From an uncultured Gammaproteobacteria bacterium (lineage in GTDB: Bacteria; Pseudomonadota; Gammaproteobacteria; UBA6002), in assembly GCA_963705725.1 (NCBI GenBank), contig CAVPKM010000015.1, positions 1 through 49,574 on the forward strand: 49,574 bases of DNA, read 5' to 3'. Positions 12,772 through 24,387 of the stretch are shown here, in pieces. Each line of letters starts with the position of its first letter. Within the stretch, counting starts at the first letter, position 1. The translations under genes were made by a program, and so were the position numbers. The notes beneath the pieces were generated by a model. That model was not told the DNA's origin. It ran no database searches and saw nothing but the letters and a program-made list of their open reading frames with translations.

Positions 12772-14739
12772 GTGCAAACACTCATTTTGAATTTAACTCT
12801 TGCTGCGGTCTTATTCCCCTTAGCAGGTGCCATTATTTCAGGCTTGTTAGGTAAGCGTATTGGTTGCGTTGGCGCGCAGTATGCCACAATTGCAGGCGTT
12901 GGCATTTCACTTCTTTGTTCACTGATTCTTTTTAAGTTATCGATTTTTGATCATGCACCTACTGTGAATGAGGCGATTTACACCTGGGGCTTGACAGGAG
13001 GCCATACCTTCAATGTAGGATTTTTAATTGATCAAATGACAGTGATCATGATGGTGACAGTCAATATTGTTTCCCTACTGGTACACATTTATAGCATCGG
13101 TTATATGGAAGGGGATTCTGGCTACCAACGTTTTTTTGCTTATATGTCACTATTTACTTTTTTTATGTTGGTGCTAACTGCCGCAAACAATTTTCTTCTT
13201 TTGTTTTTTGGTTGGGAAGGCGTTGGCTTAGTCTCTTATTTATTAATTGGATTTTGGTTTAAAAAAGAATCGGCCTCCCAAGGAAGTCTTAAAGCATTTT
13301 TAGTTAATCGTGTAGGAGACTTCGGCTTTCTTTTAGGTATTGCCGCTATTTTTGATTATTTTGGTAGTGTGGATTATGCCACTGTATTTGCCCTGGCTCC
13401 AAGTTTAAGCACAGAAACCGTCCATATCCTATTCGGAACCAGCTGGTCCTTGATGTCATTAATCTGTATTTTATTATTTATTGGTGCGATGGGTAAGTCA
13501 GCGCAGATTCCGCTCCATATTTGGCTGCCAGAATCAATGGAAGGCCCTACGCCAATTTCAGCGCTTATCCATGCTGCAACAATGGTAACAGCAGGGGTTT
13601 ACATGGTGGCAAGAATGTCGCCGCTTTTTGAGTTGTCAACGACTGCGTTGAGTGTCGTGATGTTATTTGGCGCGATTGGCGCTTTTTTCCTGGGATTGCT
13701 TGCATTAGTTGAGAATGATATTAAACGCGTTATCGCTTACTCTACCATGTCCCAGCTTGGATATATGATGGCAGCAAATGGTGCTTCAGCCTATTCAGCA
13801 GGAATCTTTCATTTAGTTACCCATGCCTATTTTAAAGCGTTACTATTCTTAGGCGCAGGTGCAGTGATTATTGCGATGCATCATGAACAAAACATGCGTA
13901 AAATGGGAAATCTTCGAAAGTATTTGCCCATCACATATATCACCTTCCTAGTAGGCGCCTTGTCCTTAAGTGCAATTCCTCCTTTTTCAGGATTTTATTC
14001 TAAAGATGCGATTATTGAAGCGGTCCAAATGGCAACTCATGTGCCTGGCTCCCATATTGCTTATCTTTGTCTGCTGCTTGCCGTCTTTGTGACTTCACTC
14101 TATATATTCCGCGCATTTTTTCTGACTTTTCATGGGGCGGAAAAAAATGAACATAGAGATGAAATTCACGAGCCAAGATGGGTAATGATTTCGCCGCTCA
14201 TCTTACTTGCGATTCCTTCATTTTTATTAGGAGCGATCCTTGTCAAACCGATGTTATATGCGCACAATCCATTACTGAATAAAGCTGTTTACGTTTCGCC
14301 TAATCAAGATGTTCTCGCACAAATGTCGCATGAATTTCATGGTGTATTTGGCAGTATTGGCCATGCATTTTTTGGTCTACCGCTTTGGCTAGCACTTGCA
14401 GGAGTGGCCTGTGCCTGGTTACTCTATGTTAGGCTTCCCGATTTACCAGAAAAAATTCAAAGACGTTTTTCTTTGATTAATAAGATCTTGGTTGATAAAT
14501 ATGGTTTTGATGCTTTAAACGAGTGGCTTTTTGTGAAGGGTAGCCAGCGCATGAGCCATACCTTATACCGAGTTGCTGATATGAAAATCATTGATAATGG
14601 TATGGTAAATGGATCTGGCCGCAGCGTCACCTGGCTATCGCGCGTCCTGCGTCATGCCCAATCAGGTTATCTTTATCATTATGCCTTTACCATGATTCTG
14701 GGTCTTTTAGTTTTATTAGTTTGGATGTTGTTAACCTAG
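12772..14739 (+). CDS. nuoL: NADH-quinone oxidoreductase subunit L
   Basis: GWEGVGLVSYLLIGFW, KSAQIPLHIWLPESMEGPTPISALIHAATMV. Confidence 0.97.
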   Translation: MQTLILNLTLAAVLFPLAGAIISGLLGKRIGCVGAQYATIAGVGISLLCSLILFKLSIFDHAPTVNEAIYTWGLTGGHTFNVGFLIDQMTVIMMVTVNIVSLLVHIYSIGYMEGDSGYQRFFAYMSLFTFFMLVLTAANNFLLLFFGWEGVGLVSYLLIGFWFKKESASQGSLKAFLVNRVGDFGFLLGIAAIFDYFGSVDYATVFALAPSLSTETVHILFGTSWSLMSLICILLFIGAMGKSAQIPLHIWLPESMEGPTPISALIHAATMVTAGVYMVARMSPLFELSTTALSVVMLFGAIGAFFLGLLALVENDIKRVIAYSTMSQLGYMMAANGASAYSAGIFHLVTHAYFKALLFLGAGAVIIAMHHEQNMRKMGNLRKYLPITYITFLVGALSLSAIPPFSGFYSKDAIIEAVQMATHVPGSHIAYLCLLLAVFVTSLYIFRAFFLTFHGAEKNEHRDEIHEPRWVMISPLILLAIPSFLLGAILVKPMLYAHNPLLNKAVYVSPNQDVLAQMSHEFHGVFGSIGHAFFGLPLWLALAGVACAWLLYVRLPDLPEKIQRRFSLINKILVDKYGFDALNEWLFVKGSQRMSHTLYRVADMKIIDNGMVNGSGRSVTWLSRVLRHAQSGYLYHYAFTMILGLLVLLVWMLLT

Positions 14740-14750
14740 CAGGTACCACA

Positions 14751-16268
14751 ATGTTAGAGAATTTCCCATTATTAACTTTTCTGATATGGATGCCAGTGCT
14801 AGGCGGTATTTTGGTGTTAGCAACTGGCGGTGAAAAGCATGCAGAACAAGCAAGAATTATTGCGCTTACTGTCTCGTTGATTTGTATTCTTTTTTGTATA
14901 CCGCTTTATACCCATTTTGATCTTCATACGTCAGGAATGCAGTTTAGTGAGCATTTAATTTGGATTCCTACATTTAAAATACACTATGATTTGGGTGTGG
15001 ATGGCATTTCCATGCCGCTTATCATTTTAACCACTTACACAACTCTACTCGTTATCCTTGGATCATGGAAAACAATTAAATATAAAGTCTCACAATATCT
15101 GGCGGCCTTTCTGATTATGCAAGGTATGATCGTAGGAGTCTTCGCCTCACTTGATTCCGTATTGTTTTATGTTTTTTGGGAAGGAATGTTAATCCCTATG
15201 TATCTGAGCATAGGAATTTGGGGCAGTGAAAACCGTTCCTATGCGGCAATCAAATTTTTTCTTTACACTTTTCTAGGTTCAGCCTTGATGTTAGTGGCGC
15301 TATTATACCTAGGGCTTAAAGCAGGTAGCTTTTATATACCGGATTTCTATCCACTAAAATTAAATATGAGCGAGCAGATATTGTTATTCTTAGGATTTTT
15401 ACTCGCTTTTGCAGTAAAAATTCCTATGTGGCCAGTACATACCTGGTTGCCTGATGCGCATACCGAAGCTCCTGCTGGCGGTTCGGTGATATTGGCGGCC
15501 TTAATGCTTAAAATTGGTGGTTATGGTTTTTTTAGGTTTAGCTTACCTATTACCCCTGATGCCAGCCATGCCCTAGATGGATTGATGATTGCATTATCTC
15601 TAATTGCCATTGTTTATATTGGTTTTATCGCAATTGCACAAACGGATATGAAGCGCTTGATTGCTTATTCTTCGATTGCACACATGGGATTTGTGACCTT
15701 GGGTTGTTTTATGTTGTACCTTATTTTTTCTCGCACAGGTAATGTGCAAGATGCCTATATGAGTCTTGAAGGTTCGATGGTGCAGATGATTTCTCACGCT
15801 TTTGGAGCTGGCGCGCTATTTTTAGGATTTGGTATGCTTTATGAACAATATCATACCAGGCAAATTAAAAATTTTGGTGGTATTGCCACTACCATGCCGA
15901 TCTTTGCCGCTTTTTATATGGTTTTTGCTATGTCTAATGTGGCATTGCCGGGCACTTCTGGGTTTGTGGGCGAGTTCTTGGTCATTTTGAGTGCATTTAA
16001 AGCGAGTTTCTGGATTACGTTTACGGCAGCCTTAACTCTGATCATCGGTGCATCGTACACGCTTTGGATGTATAAGCGTGTCTTCTTTGGAGAAGTAGCA
16101 AGTGAAAAAATAGCTTCTTTAGTCGATGTTAACTGGTTAGATCGTGGAATTTTCGTGCTGTTAGTTATCCCAATTTTTTTAATCGGGTTATATCCAAAAC
16201 CCTTGTTGAATATTTTTCATTCTTCAATAGGGCATCTTTTGGAACTAGGGTTGGCAACAAAACTATAA
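14751..16268 (+). CDS. nuoM: NADH-quinone oxidoreductase subunit M
   Basis: KIPMWPVHTWLPDAHTEAPAGGS, KRLIAYSSIAHMGF; ATG at 14751 preferred. Confidence 0.97.
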   Translation: MLENFPLLTFLIWMPVLGGILVLATGGEKHAEQARIIALTVSLICILFCIPLYTHFDLHTSGMQFSEHLIWIPTFKIHYDLGVDGISMPLIILTTYTTLLVILGSWKTIKYKVSQYLAAFLIMQGMIVGVFASLDSVLFYVFWEGMLIPMYLSIGIWGSENRSYAAIKFFLYTFLGSALMLVALLYLGLKAGSFYIPDFYPLKLNMSEQILLFLGFLLAFAVKIPMWPVHTWLPDAHTEAPAGGSVILAALMLKIGGYGFFRFSLPITPDASHALDGLMIALSLIAIVYIGFIAIAQTDMKRLIAYSSIAHMGFVTLGCFMLYLIFSRTGNVQDAYMSLEGSMVQMISHAFGAGALFLGFGMLYEQYHTRQIKNFGGIATTMPIFAAFYMVFAMSNVALPGTSGFVGEFLVILSAFKASFWITFTAALTLIIGASYTLWMYKRVFFGEVASEKIASLVDVNWLDRGIFVLLVIPIFLIGLYPKPLLNIFHSSIGHLLELGLATKL

Positions 16269-16273
16269 TTGGA

Positions 16274-17719
16274 ATGATTATGCTAACAATGCTTGCTTCT
16301 TCACCTGCCTCTGCTGAAATTTTTGTTCTTATCATGACATGCATCAATTTATTGGTCGGGGTATTGATTAAAAATAATAAACTTTCCAACGCTTCCTATT
16401 ACCTGGCTCAAATTACGATGGTGATTGCCGCCGTGCTTTCAATTTTGAAATTTAATCAGCCGAATTATTTAGCTTTTAGCGGTTTTTTTATTCAGGATAA
16501 GGCCGCTGTATTACTTAAAGTAATGGTATATGTATCTGGTTTTCTGACTTTTCTTTATTCAAGACAATATCTTCGTGAGAAAAAAATCCCATTTAATGAG
16601 TTTTATATACTCGGACTGTTTTCAATTTTGGGCATGATGATATTAATTTCATCTTATAATTTTCTAAGTCTATTTCTCGGTTTGGAACTGACGTCGTTAC
16701 CTATCTACGCCATGGTAGCGCTGAAACGAGATTCTGGTGTATGTACAGAAGCCAGCATCAAATATTTCATTATTGGAACAATGGCAACCGGCCTACTATT
16801 GTATGGTTTATCCATGCTTTATGGCGCAACGGGTTCGATACAATTAAATGAGGTAGCAAATGGCATATTGAACACGCGGGCGCAAAACATTTTTATTTTG
16901 GTGTTAGGCTTGGTGTTTGTCGTGGTGGGGATTGCTTTCAAGCTTGGAGCGGTGCCATTTCATATGTGGGTACCCGATGTTTATGAAGGAGCGCCGAGTG
17001 CTGTGACCTTGTTTTTAGCCAGTGCTGCTAAGGTAGCCGGTCTTGGTATGGCAATACGATTATTGGTTTATGCCTTGCCTAATTTATTGATTCAGTGGCA
17101 AGAACAACTTATTTTGATAGCAATTTTATCAATTGGTATTGGAAATATCATTGCGATTGTGCAAACCAACTTAAAAAGAATGTTAGCCTACTCTTCCATT
17201 GCGCACATTGGTTATATGAGTTTGGGCTTGCTGGCTGGAACGGCGCAAGGCTATTCCGCAGCGACATTTTATATGATTTCTTATGCAATTATGACACTCG
17301 GTGCCTTTGGGTTAATAGTCATACTCAGCCGATCAGGCTTTGAGATGGAAAGCATCGATGACTTTAAGGGATTAAACGCAAAAAATCCTTGGCTTGCCTT
17401 TATGATGTTAATCATTATGTTCTCATTAGCAGGCATCCCTCCTATTGTAGGCTTTATGGCAAAAGTAGCGGTTTTAGAAGCCTTGATTGAGGTACATATG
17501 GTATGGCTGGCGGCAATTGCAATTGTATTTGCAATTATTGGTTCTTATTATTATTTGCGGGTAGTGAAAGTGATGTACTTCGATTCACCTGACCTGCCAG
17601 GTGTCATCATTTGCCCCCTTGATATGCGTATTGCTATGACTGTTAATACCTTTGCAGTTCTATTACTTGGAGTGTTCCCGGGAGTGCTTTTTAACCTATG
17701 TCACAGAGCATTTTTCTAG
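16274..17719 (+). CDS. nuoN: NADH-quinone oxidoreductase subunit N
   Basis: FKLGAVPFHMWVPDVYEGAP, KRMLAYSSIAH, SLAGIPP. Confidence 0.97.
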   Translation: MIMLTMLASSPASAEIFVLIMTCINLLVGVLIKNNKLSNASYYLAQITMVIAAVLSILKFNQPNYLAFSGFFIQDKAAVLLKVMVYVSGFLTFLYSRQYLREKKIPFNEFYILGLFSILGMMILISSYNFLSLFLGLELTSLPIYAMVALKRDSGVCTEASIKYFIIGTMATGLLLYGLSMLYGATGSIQLNEVANGILNTRAQNIFILVLGLVFVVVGIAFKLGAVPFHMWVPDVYEGAPSAVTLFLASAAKVAGLGMAIRLLVYALPNLLIQWQEQLILIAILSIGIGNIIAIVQTNLKRMLAYSSIAHIGYMSLGLLAGTAQGYSAATFYMISYAIMTLGAFGLIVILSRSGFEMESIDDFKGLNAKNPWLAFMMLIIMFSLAGIPPIVGFMAKVAVLEALIEVHMVWLAAIAIVFAIIGSYYYLRVVKVMYFDSPDLPGVIICPLDMRIAMTVNTFAVLLLGVFPGVLFNLCHRAFF

Positions 17720-17730
17720 CTAAACATTAT

Positions 17731-17904
17731 GTAACTACTCAGCACAGGGTTGAAACGTCCATATTTTGCCATCTTCGAACAAAAAATTTAATTAAAACTG
17801 CTCACATACTTAGGTATTGCTCCGCTATTAATTAAATTTGTTTGTCCGAATCTGGCTAAAATCTGAACGTTTGGCGGCTTCTAGCATTTGCGCTGAATAG
17901 TTAC
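17731..17904. mobile_element. MITE-like palindromic element, longest copy (174 bp)
   Basis: Terminal inverted repeats gtaactactcagcac ... gcgctgaatagttac; long imperfect internal inverted repeat around a central ctcacatac-ttag-gtattgctccgc hairpin; no ORF. Confidence 0.8.
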
Positions 17905-17981
17905 AATATTATTTGAGTAGTATTTATACTAAGGAGTTGTATTATCCTTGATTTTTGATAAACTGACATCTTATAAAGTAA

Positions 17982-18058
<77 letters not shown>

Positions 18059-18069
18059 AATTAAAAAAT

Positions 18070-18135
18070 GTAATTATTCAGCACGGTAGTTAAGGTGGCC
18101 AAATTGGACGTTTAAATCTTGCGCTGAATAGTTAC
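18070..18135 (-). repeat. Short (66 bp) deletion derivative of the MITE-like repeat, both termini retained
   Basis: gtaattattcagcac ... gcgctgaatagttac; reverse complement gtaactattcagcgcaagatttaaacgtccaatttggccacctt aligns with 17731-17775. Confidence 0.8.
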
Positions 18136-18137
18136 TA

Positions 18138-18169
18138 AAAAATGTGGGCCTTGTGCCCATTTTTTGTTT
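18138..18169 (+). terminator. Intrinsic terminator/attenuator upstream of rimP (rimP leader-like)
   Basis: TGGGC-cttgt-GCCCA stem followed by TTTTTTGTTT. Confidence 0.7.
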
Positions 18170-18187
18170 AGAGTATTTGATAAGTTT

Positions 18188-18649
18188 ATGTCAGTGATAC
18201 CATCGACAAGCAGAATAAGTGAAATAATTCATCCTGCAATCACGGCGTTAGGTTACGAGTTTGTTGCCTGCGAATTTGTGCCGATGGGTAATAAGATGCT
18301 GCTTCGTATTTATATTGATTCAGCAGAAGGTGTGACGGTAAGGGATTGTGAAATTGTCAGTCGGCAAATCGGTGCGGCTTTAGACGTAGAAAATTTAATG
18401 ATGGGACGATATTATTTAGAAGTTTCCTCTCCAGGTTTTGATCGTCTCTTAGTCACTGAAGAGCATTACCAAAAGTATATTGGACATTGTATTAAGATTA
18501 AATTGCGACAATCTCGCAATGGTCGGCGCAATTATAGCGGGTTACTTCAAGCGGTTAGTGAAAAGGTAATCACAATAATTGTAGATGGTGATGCCTATGT
18601 TTTGCCTATTTCAGATATTGAAAAGGCGAACTTGGTCCCTGAAAGTTGA
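18188..18649 (+). CDS. rimP: Ribosome maturation factor RimP
   Basis: [33 protein letters not shown]; precedes nusA. Confidence 0.96.
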   Translation: MSVIPSTSRISEIIHPAITALGYEFVACEFVPMGNKMLLRIYIDSAEGVTVRDCEIVSRQIGAALDVENLMMGRYYLEVSSPGFDRLLVTEEHYQKYIGHCIKIKLRQSRNGRRNYSGLLQAVSEKVITIIVDGDAYVLPISDIEKANLVPES

Positions 18650-18659
18650 GGTTTGCATC

Positions 18660-20150
18660 ATGGGTAAAGATATCTTATTGGTTGTTGATTCGATATCCAA
18701 TGAAAAGGATGTTGAAAAAGATGTTATATTTGAAGTAATTGAGTCGGCCCTAGCAACAGTTATTGCTAAAAAATATAAAGAAGAGGTCAATATACGAGTA
18801 GCGATTGATCGTAAGACTGGCGATTACGAAACTTTTCGATATTGGACAGTGGTGCCTGATGACTATGAAGAGTTTGTTGAGAGTAGAGATTTAACTTTAG
18901 CTCAAGCTAAAGAGCTTGATTCAGACCTAGATGTGGCTGATGTGGTTGAAGAACCGATTGAATCAGAGGAATTTGGACGAATTTCTGCGCAACAAGCAAA
19001 ACAGGTTATCATTGACAAAGTTAGAAAATTAGAACGCAAAAAAGTGATTGATCAATTCCATAAGCGTATCGGCGAATTGCTAACTGGTGTGGTAAAAAAT
19101 GCTAAAAGAGATGTAATTTTAGATCTTGGAGAAAATGCAGAAGCCATTATTTCAAGAGAAGAAATGATACCTCGTGAAATCGTACGAAATGGCGATCGCG
19201 TAAGAGGTTATTTGTATGCCGTTAGAGAAGACAAGCGTGGTCCGCAACTTATCCTAAGTCGTACCAGCCCAGAAATGTTAATCGAACTTTTTAAAATTGA
19301 AGTTCCAGAAATTTCAGAGCAAGTTATTGAAATTAAAGCGGCGGCACGTGATCCGGGTTCAAGGGCTAAAATTGCCGTAAAAACAAACGATGGACGAATT
19401 GATCCTATTGGGGCTTGCGTTGGAATGCGAGGCTCACGTGTTCAAGCAGTTTCCGGCGAGTTAGGCGGGGAGCGAATCGACATTGTTCTATGGGATGATA
19501 ATCCTGCACAACTGGTGATCAATGCGATGGCGCCTGCTGAAATTGCCGCAATTGAGGTCGATGAAGAAACTAAAACCATGGATCTTGCAGTGCGTGAAGA
19601 TCAGCTTTCACTCGCAATTGGAAGAAATGGACAGAATGTTCGTCTCGCAAGTGAGCTAACGGGTTGGTCATTAAATGTCATGTCGGAAAGCGATGCACAG
19701 CTAAAAACAGAACAAGAATCAGAGCATGTAAAAGAAATATTCATGAAACAACTCGATGTCGATGAAGATATCGCTGCTTTATTAATTTTTGAAGGGTTTA
19801 CTAGCATCGAGGAAATTGCCTATGTGCCAATGGAAGAGCTATTAGCGATTGAAGAGTTTGATGAAGAAGTGATAAATGAATTACAAAGTCGTGCACGAGA
19901 TGCCTTACTTACCAAGGAGTTAGTGAGTGAGGAGGAATTAAGCAAGGTTGAGCCAGCCGATGATTTGTTAGAACTGGGTGGAATGACACGCGAATTAGCA
20001 TTTAATCTAGCTAGGCGAGGAATCGTGACCCGCGAAGATCTTGCAGAGCAATCAGTCGATGATATTTCTGATGTTCAAGGACTTGATGAAGAAACAGCGG
20101 CTAAAATCATTATGTCAGCCAGAGAACATTGGTTTACAGCAGAAAAGTAA
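18660..20150 (+). CDS. nusA: Transcription termination/antitermination factor NusA
   Basis: [52 protein letters not shown]; acidic C-terminal repeats. Confidence 0.98.
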   Translation: MGKDILLVVDSISNEKDVEKDVIFEVIESALATVIAKKYKEEVNIRVAIDRKTGDYETFRYWTVVPDDYEEFVESRDLTLAQAKELDSDLDVADVVEEPIESEEFGRISAQQAKQVIIDKVRKLERKKVIDQFHKRIGELLTGVVKNAKRDVILDLGENAEAIISREEMIPREIVRNGDRVRGYLYAVREDKRGPQLILSRTSPEMLIELFKIEVPEISEQVIEIKAAARDPGSRAKIAVKTNDGRIDPIGACVGMRGSRVQAVSGELGGERIDIVLWDDNPAQLVINAMAPAEIAAIEVDEETKTMDLAVREDQLSLAIGRNGQNVRLASELTGWSLNVMSESDAQLKTEQESEHVKEIFMKQLDVDEDIAALLIFEGFTSIEEIAYVPMEELLAIEEFDEEVINELQSRARDALLTKELVSEEELSKVEPADDLLELGGMTRELAFNLARRGIVTREDLAEQSVDDISDVQGLDEETAAKIIMSAREHWFTAEK

Positions 20151-20160
20151 GAGGTCAAAT

Positions 20161-22663
20161 ATGGCAGTAGTCACAATCAAGCAGCTTGCTATAGATTTGG
20201 GAGTATCTACAGATCTCTTAATATCACAGCTTCAAAATGCTGGAATCAATGTGACTGATGAAAATGATGCAGTTACTGCAGAGCAAAAGCAAGAATTACT
20301 TTTGCATCTTAAGCGAAGTCATGGACTTGAAATTAAAACACCGAAAAAAATTACACTCAAACGTACTACGGTAAGTGAATTGAAAGGCGGCGTGCACAAA
20401 TCAGTGACTAAAGTTAAGGTACGTCGTAAGAAAACCTATGAACCGCTAGCACCAGTTGCTGAAGAAGAGGTCCCGCCTTTGCAAGACACTGAGTTGCTTG
20501 AAACTACAGATCAGGTAATAACTAGTGAAGTTGCCATTCCCGATTCCGAATTAGAAACGCAAACATTGGCTGCTGCTGAGTCTGAAAATGTTACCGAGAT
20601 ACCGTCAGATACTTCCTATGAACACGAAGCTTCGCCGCTGCGTGAAGCTAAAGTCGAAGGGAAGGCTGAGCGGCATATTAAGGATAACGAAGATCGTTCT
20701 CATAAAAAGACACATAAAAAACCAGAGAAAAAAGCGGGCAAAAGCGCCCCGTATTATGGAAGACTTTTCTTATAATGATGAAGAAGAGCTAGATTATGTT
20801 CCAGGTGTAGGCGCCTTGCCGGCTCGTAAAAAGAAAAAACCTACCAAGGCGAAAGACTCAGCATTTAGAAGATTGGAACAGGCGTTTGAAAAACCCACCT
20901 CACCGGTCGTCCGAGAGGTGGCTATTCCAGAAACCATCACCGTTGCTTCTCTGGCGCAAAAAATGTCAATTAAAGCAGCAGAAGTCATTAAGGCGATGAT
21001 GAAGCTTGGAGCGATGGCGACAATTAACCAGGTGATTGATCAAGAAACAGCTGCGATTCTTGTTGAGGAAATGGGGCATAAACCACGATTAATAAAAGAA
21101 AATGCAGTGGAAGATCTTCTGGTGGCAGATAAGCGACCTAGGGGAGAATTACAGTCACGAGCGCCTGTTGTTACAATTATGGGCCATGTGGATCATGGTA
21201 AAACTTCTTTATTAGATTATATTCGTAGAACGAAGGTGACGAGCAGTGAAGCCGGGGGCATCACGCAACATATAGGAGCTTACCATGTCGATACCGATCG
21301 TGGGATGGTGACCTTTTTAGATACGCCTGGCCATGAAGCGTTTACTGCGATGAGAGCAAGAGGCGCAAAATCTACAGATATTGTTATCTTAGTTGTTGCC
21401 GCAGATGATGGGGTTAAGCCTCAAACAGTTGAGGCAATTCACCATGCTAAGGCTGCACGCGTACCAATTATCGTGGCAGTCAACAAGATGGATAAGCCTG
21501 AAGCAGATCCTGATCGTGTTAAGAATGAATTATCTAGTTTTGAAGTCATCGCAGAAGATTGGGGTGGTGATACGATGTTTGTGAACATTTCTGCAAAGGT
21601 GGGTACTGGCATCGATAATTTACTCGAAGCCATCCTTCTACAAGCAGAAGTCATGGAGCTTAAAGCATCAAATATCGGGCCAGCTAAGGGGGTAGTCATT
21701 GAGTCTCGACTAGATCGTGGTAGAGGGCCAGTTGCGACTATTTTAGTGCAGGCGGGACTACTTAAAAAAGGTGATATTGTCCTTGCCGGTTGTGAATATG
21801 GTCGAGTCCGGGCAATGATTGACGATAGTGGAAAACAAGCGGCTGAAACCGGACCCTCAATGCCGGTAGAAGTGTTAGGCCTCTCTGGCGCACCCAATGC
21901 AGGTGATGAAGTCATCGTAGTACCAAGCGAGAAGAAGGCAAGAGAGATTGCTTTATTTAGGCAAGGTAAATACCGTGAAGTGAAATTGGCAAGACAAAGA
22001 GCAGCGAATTTAGAAAATGTCTTTGATCGAATGAATGAAGGCGAAGTGACTAACCTGGCCATTGTTCTCAAAGTGGATGTTCAAGGGTCTCTCGAAGCAA
22101 TTAGCGATGCTTTATTGAAACTTTCAACCAATGAGGTGAAGGTCAATATCATTGCAAGTGCAGTGGGAGGCATTACTGAATCTGATGTTAATCTCGCCAT
22201 TGCTTCAAATGCCATTATTATTGGATTTAACGTAAGAGCTGACCAATCTGCTAAACGTATTGTTGAATCAGAGGGTGTTGATCTGCGTTATTATAGTGTG
22301 ATCTACGATTTAATTGATGAAGTCAAAGCCGCACTAAGTGGCTTGCTTGCTCCAGAATATCAGGAAAAAATTGTCGGCTTGGCTGAAGTTCGTGAAGTTT
22401 TCCGCTCTTCTAAGTTTGGTTCAATTGCTGGGTGCATGGTGATAGATGGTCATATTAAACGTAACTTGCCAACACGGGTATTACGTGACAATGTCGTTAT
22501 TTATCAAGGGCAACTTGAGTCTCTAAGGCGCTTCAAAGAAGATGTATCAGAAGTTAGACAGGGTATGGAATGTGGTATTGGTGTTAAGGATTACAACGAT
22601 GTGAAAGTTAAAGATCATATCGAAGTATACGAAATCAGTGAAGTGACCCGAAAAATTATTTAG
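20161..22663 (+). CDS. infB: Translation initiation factor IF-2 (one frameshift near 20730-20760)
   Basis: N-terminal IF2 domain in ORF 20041-20775; [25 protein letters not shown] motifs in ORF 20588-22663. Confidence 0.97.
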
Positions 22664-22680
22664 ATGGGATAGAGGTATAT

Positions 22681-23034
22681 GTGACGCATGCGTTTGATCG
22701 TCGAGTCAGAATTGCAGATTTAATCAAAGAAGAGTTAGCCCGGTTACTTTTGACAGACAGCAAGGACCCGCGCTTTGGTTTTGTTTCTGTTACCTCAGTT
22801 GAAGTAGTCAAAGATTATTCAAATGCACAGGTATTTGTTACCATCCTTAATGATCAAGAGGTGGCAGAAGTCATTAAAGCGTTGAATAAGGCCTCTGGAT
22901 ATTTTCGATATCAATTAGCCCATACATTAAATCTTCGCACTACCCCTAAGCTTTATTTTCATTACGATGAAACCATCAAACAAGGTCAAAAGATTATGTC
23001 ACTTCTGCGCCAATCTCTTAAAAACTCCGATTAG
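22681..23034 (+). CDS. rbfA: Ribosome-binding factor A
   Basis: RIADLIKEELA...KDPR, LRTTPKLYFHYD; position after infB. Confidence 0.96.
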   Translation: MTHAFDRRVRIADLIKEELARLLLTDSKDPRFGFVSVTSVEVVKDYSNAQVFVTILNDQEVAEVIKALNKASGYFRYQLAHTLNLRTTPKLYFHYDETIKQGQKIMSLLRQSLKNSD

Positions 23035-23043
23035 GATACAATC

Positions 23044-23952
23044 ATGACTGGTCGCCATAGAGGACGAAATGTAAGCGGGATTTTATTGTTGGACAAAGCA
23101 ATTGGGAAAACGTCTAACCAGGCACTTACCGAAGTAAAAAAAATATATGAAGCTAAAAAGGCTGGCCATACCGGAAGCTTGGATTTGCTCGCAACAGGTA
23201 TGTTGCCAATTTGCTTGGGTGAGGCAACGAAGTATTCGCAATGTCTTTTAGAAGCAGATAAGCAATATTTAGTCGAAGGTAAGCTAGGTATTTGTACGAC
23301 AACCGGTGATGCAGAAGGTCAAATTATTAAGCAGTCGGCCGTTAAAGTAGACGTAGCGATGCTTGAAAATGTGCTTAAGGAATTTCGTGGAGAGATCAGT
23401 CAAATTCCCCCTATGTATTCAGCATTAAAGTTTCAAGGGAAGCCACTTTGTTATTACGCAAGACTAGGGGTTGACATTCCAAGGGAAAGTAGAAAAGTTT
23501 GGATTAAGCATTTAGAACTACTTGACTATAAAGATGATCAAATCAAATTATTAGTGACTTGTAGTAAAGGAACTTACATCCGAACCTTGGTGGAAGATAT
23601 TGGCGAGAAGTTAGGTTGTGGTGCCTATGTGGTTTTTTTGCGTCGGACCTACGTCGACCCTTATTCGCAATTCCAGATGGTAAGCATAGAAACCTTGCTT
23701 GAGTTAAAAGATGATAAGCATTTGCTCGATCAACAATTATTATCCGCTGACACTGCGGTATCCAATTACCCAGATTTAATAATAAATGACACACTGATTT
23801 ATTATATTAAACAAGGCAATCCAGTTTTGGTCGCACATGCCCCCACCTCGGGATATGTTCGATTATTTTCAGAGAGTAACACATTCGTGGGTTTAGGGCT
23901 GGTGCTCGATGATGGTAGAATTGCCCCTAAGCGTTTGATACACGCCTCCTAG
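23044..23952 (+). CDS. truB: tRNA pseudouridine(55) synthase
   Basis: KAGHTGSLD, QIPPMYSALK, CSKGTYIRTL. Confidence 0.97.
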   Translation: MTGRHRGRNVSGILLLDKAIGKTSNQALTEVKKIYEAKKAGHTGSLDLLATGMLPICLGEATKYSQCLLEADKQYLVEGKLGICTTTGDAEGQIIKQSAVKVDVAMLENVLKEFRGEISQIPPMYSALKFQGKPLCYYARLGVDIPRESRKVWIKHLELLDYKDDQIKLLVTCSKGTYIRTLVEDIGEKLGCGAYVVFLRRTYVDPYSQFQMVSIETLLELKDDKHLLDQQLLSADTAVSNYPDLIINDTLIYYIKQGNPVLVAHAPTSGYVRLFSESNTFVGLGLVLDDGRIAPKRLIHAS

Positions 23953-23984
23953 CCTCAAGCCCATTCGAAGCATGCAATCATTAC

Positions 23985-24085
23985 TTGTTGTTTGAGTTAG
24001 ACCTGGTAAAATCAATTATTTCCCTTCTTTCTATCCATTCTGTGAATGACAGCGGTTGGATAACATTAACCTATAGGAGAAACTT
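23985..24085 (+). promoter_or_regulatory. Putative sigma70 promoter and 5' leader of rpsO (possible S15 autoregulatory leader)
   Basis: TTGTTG-N16-TAAAAT with TGn extension at 23985-24012; AGGAG RBS; S15 leader inferred from position only. Confidence 0.4.
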
Positions 24086-24355
24086 ATGTCATTAAATGTC
24101 GATGAAAAAGCAACCATTATTGAGCAATATCGTTTATCAGAGAGTGATACCGGTTCGCCAGAAGTCCAAGTTGCACTGTTAACTGCTAGAATTCATAAAT
24201 TAACGGGACATTTTAAATCACATGTGCATGATCATCATTCTCGCCGCGGTTTATTACGTATGGTGAATCTAAGAAGGTCGTTGTTAAAATATTTAAAAAC
24301 ATCAGATGTTGAGCGGTATCGTAATCTTATTTCAAGATTAGGGTTGCGTGCTTAA
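24086..24355 (+). CDS. rpsO: 30S ribosomal protein S15
   Basis: [25 protein letters not shown]. Confidence 0.98.
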   Translation: MSLNVDEKATIIEQYRLSESDTGSPEVQVALLTARIHKLTGHFKSHVHDHHSRRGLLRMVNLRRSLLKYLKTSDVERYRNLISRLGLRA

Positions 24356-24387
24356 TAGTTACTTTAATTTAATAAGGTGAACCATAA

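Noticed and set aside
20720-20775. Possible programmed frameshift in infB at A-rich runs
   Set aside because: IF-2 isoforms arise from internal starts, not frameshifting; a homopolymer indel error is simpler given the other errors in this window
21439-22071. 210-aa antisense ORF inside infB, and similar shadow ORFs in glmM, tpiA, nuoF/G, nusA, pnp, ppsA, valS and lptG
   Set aside because: Fully antisense to well-conserved genes; typical codon-bias shadows with no recognisable motifs
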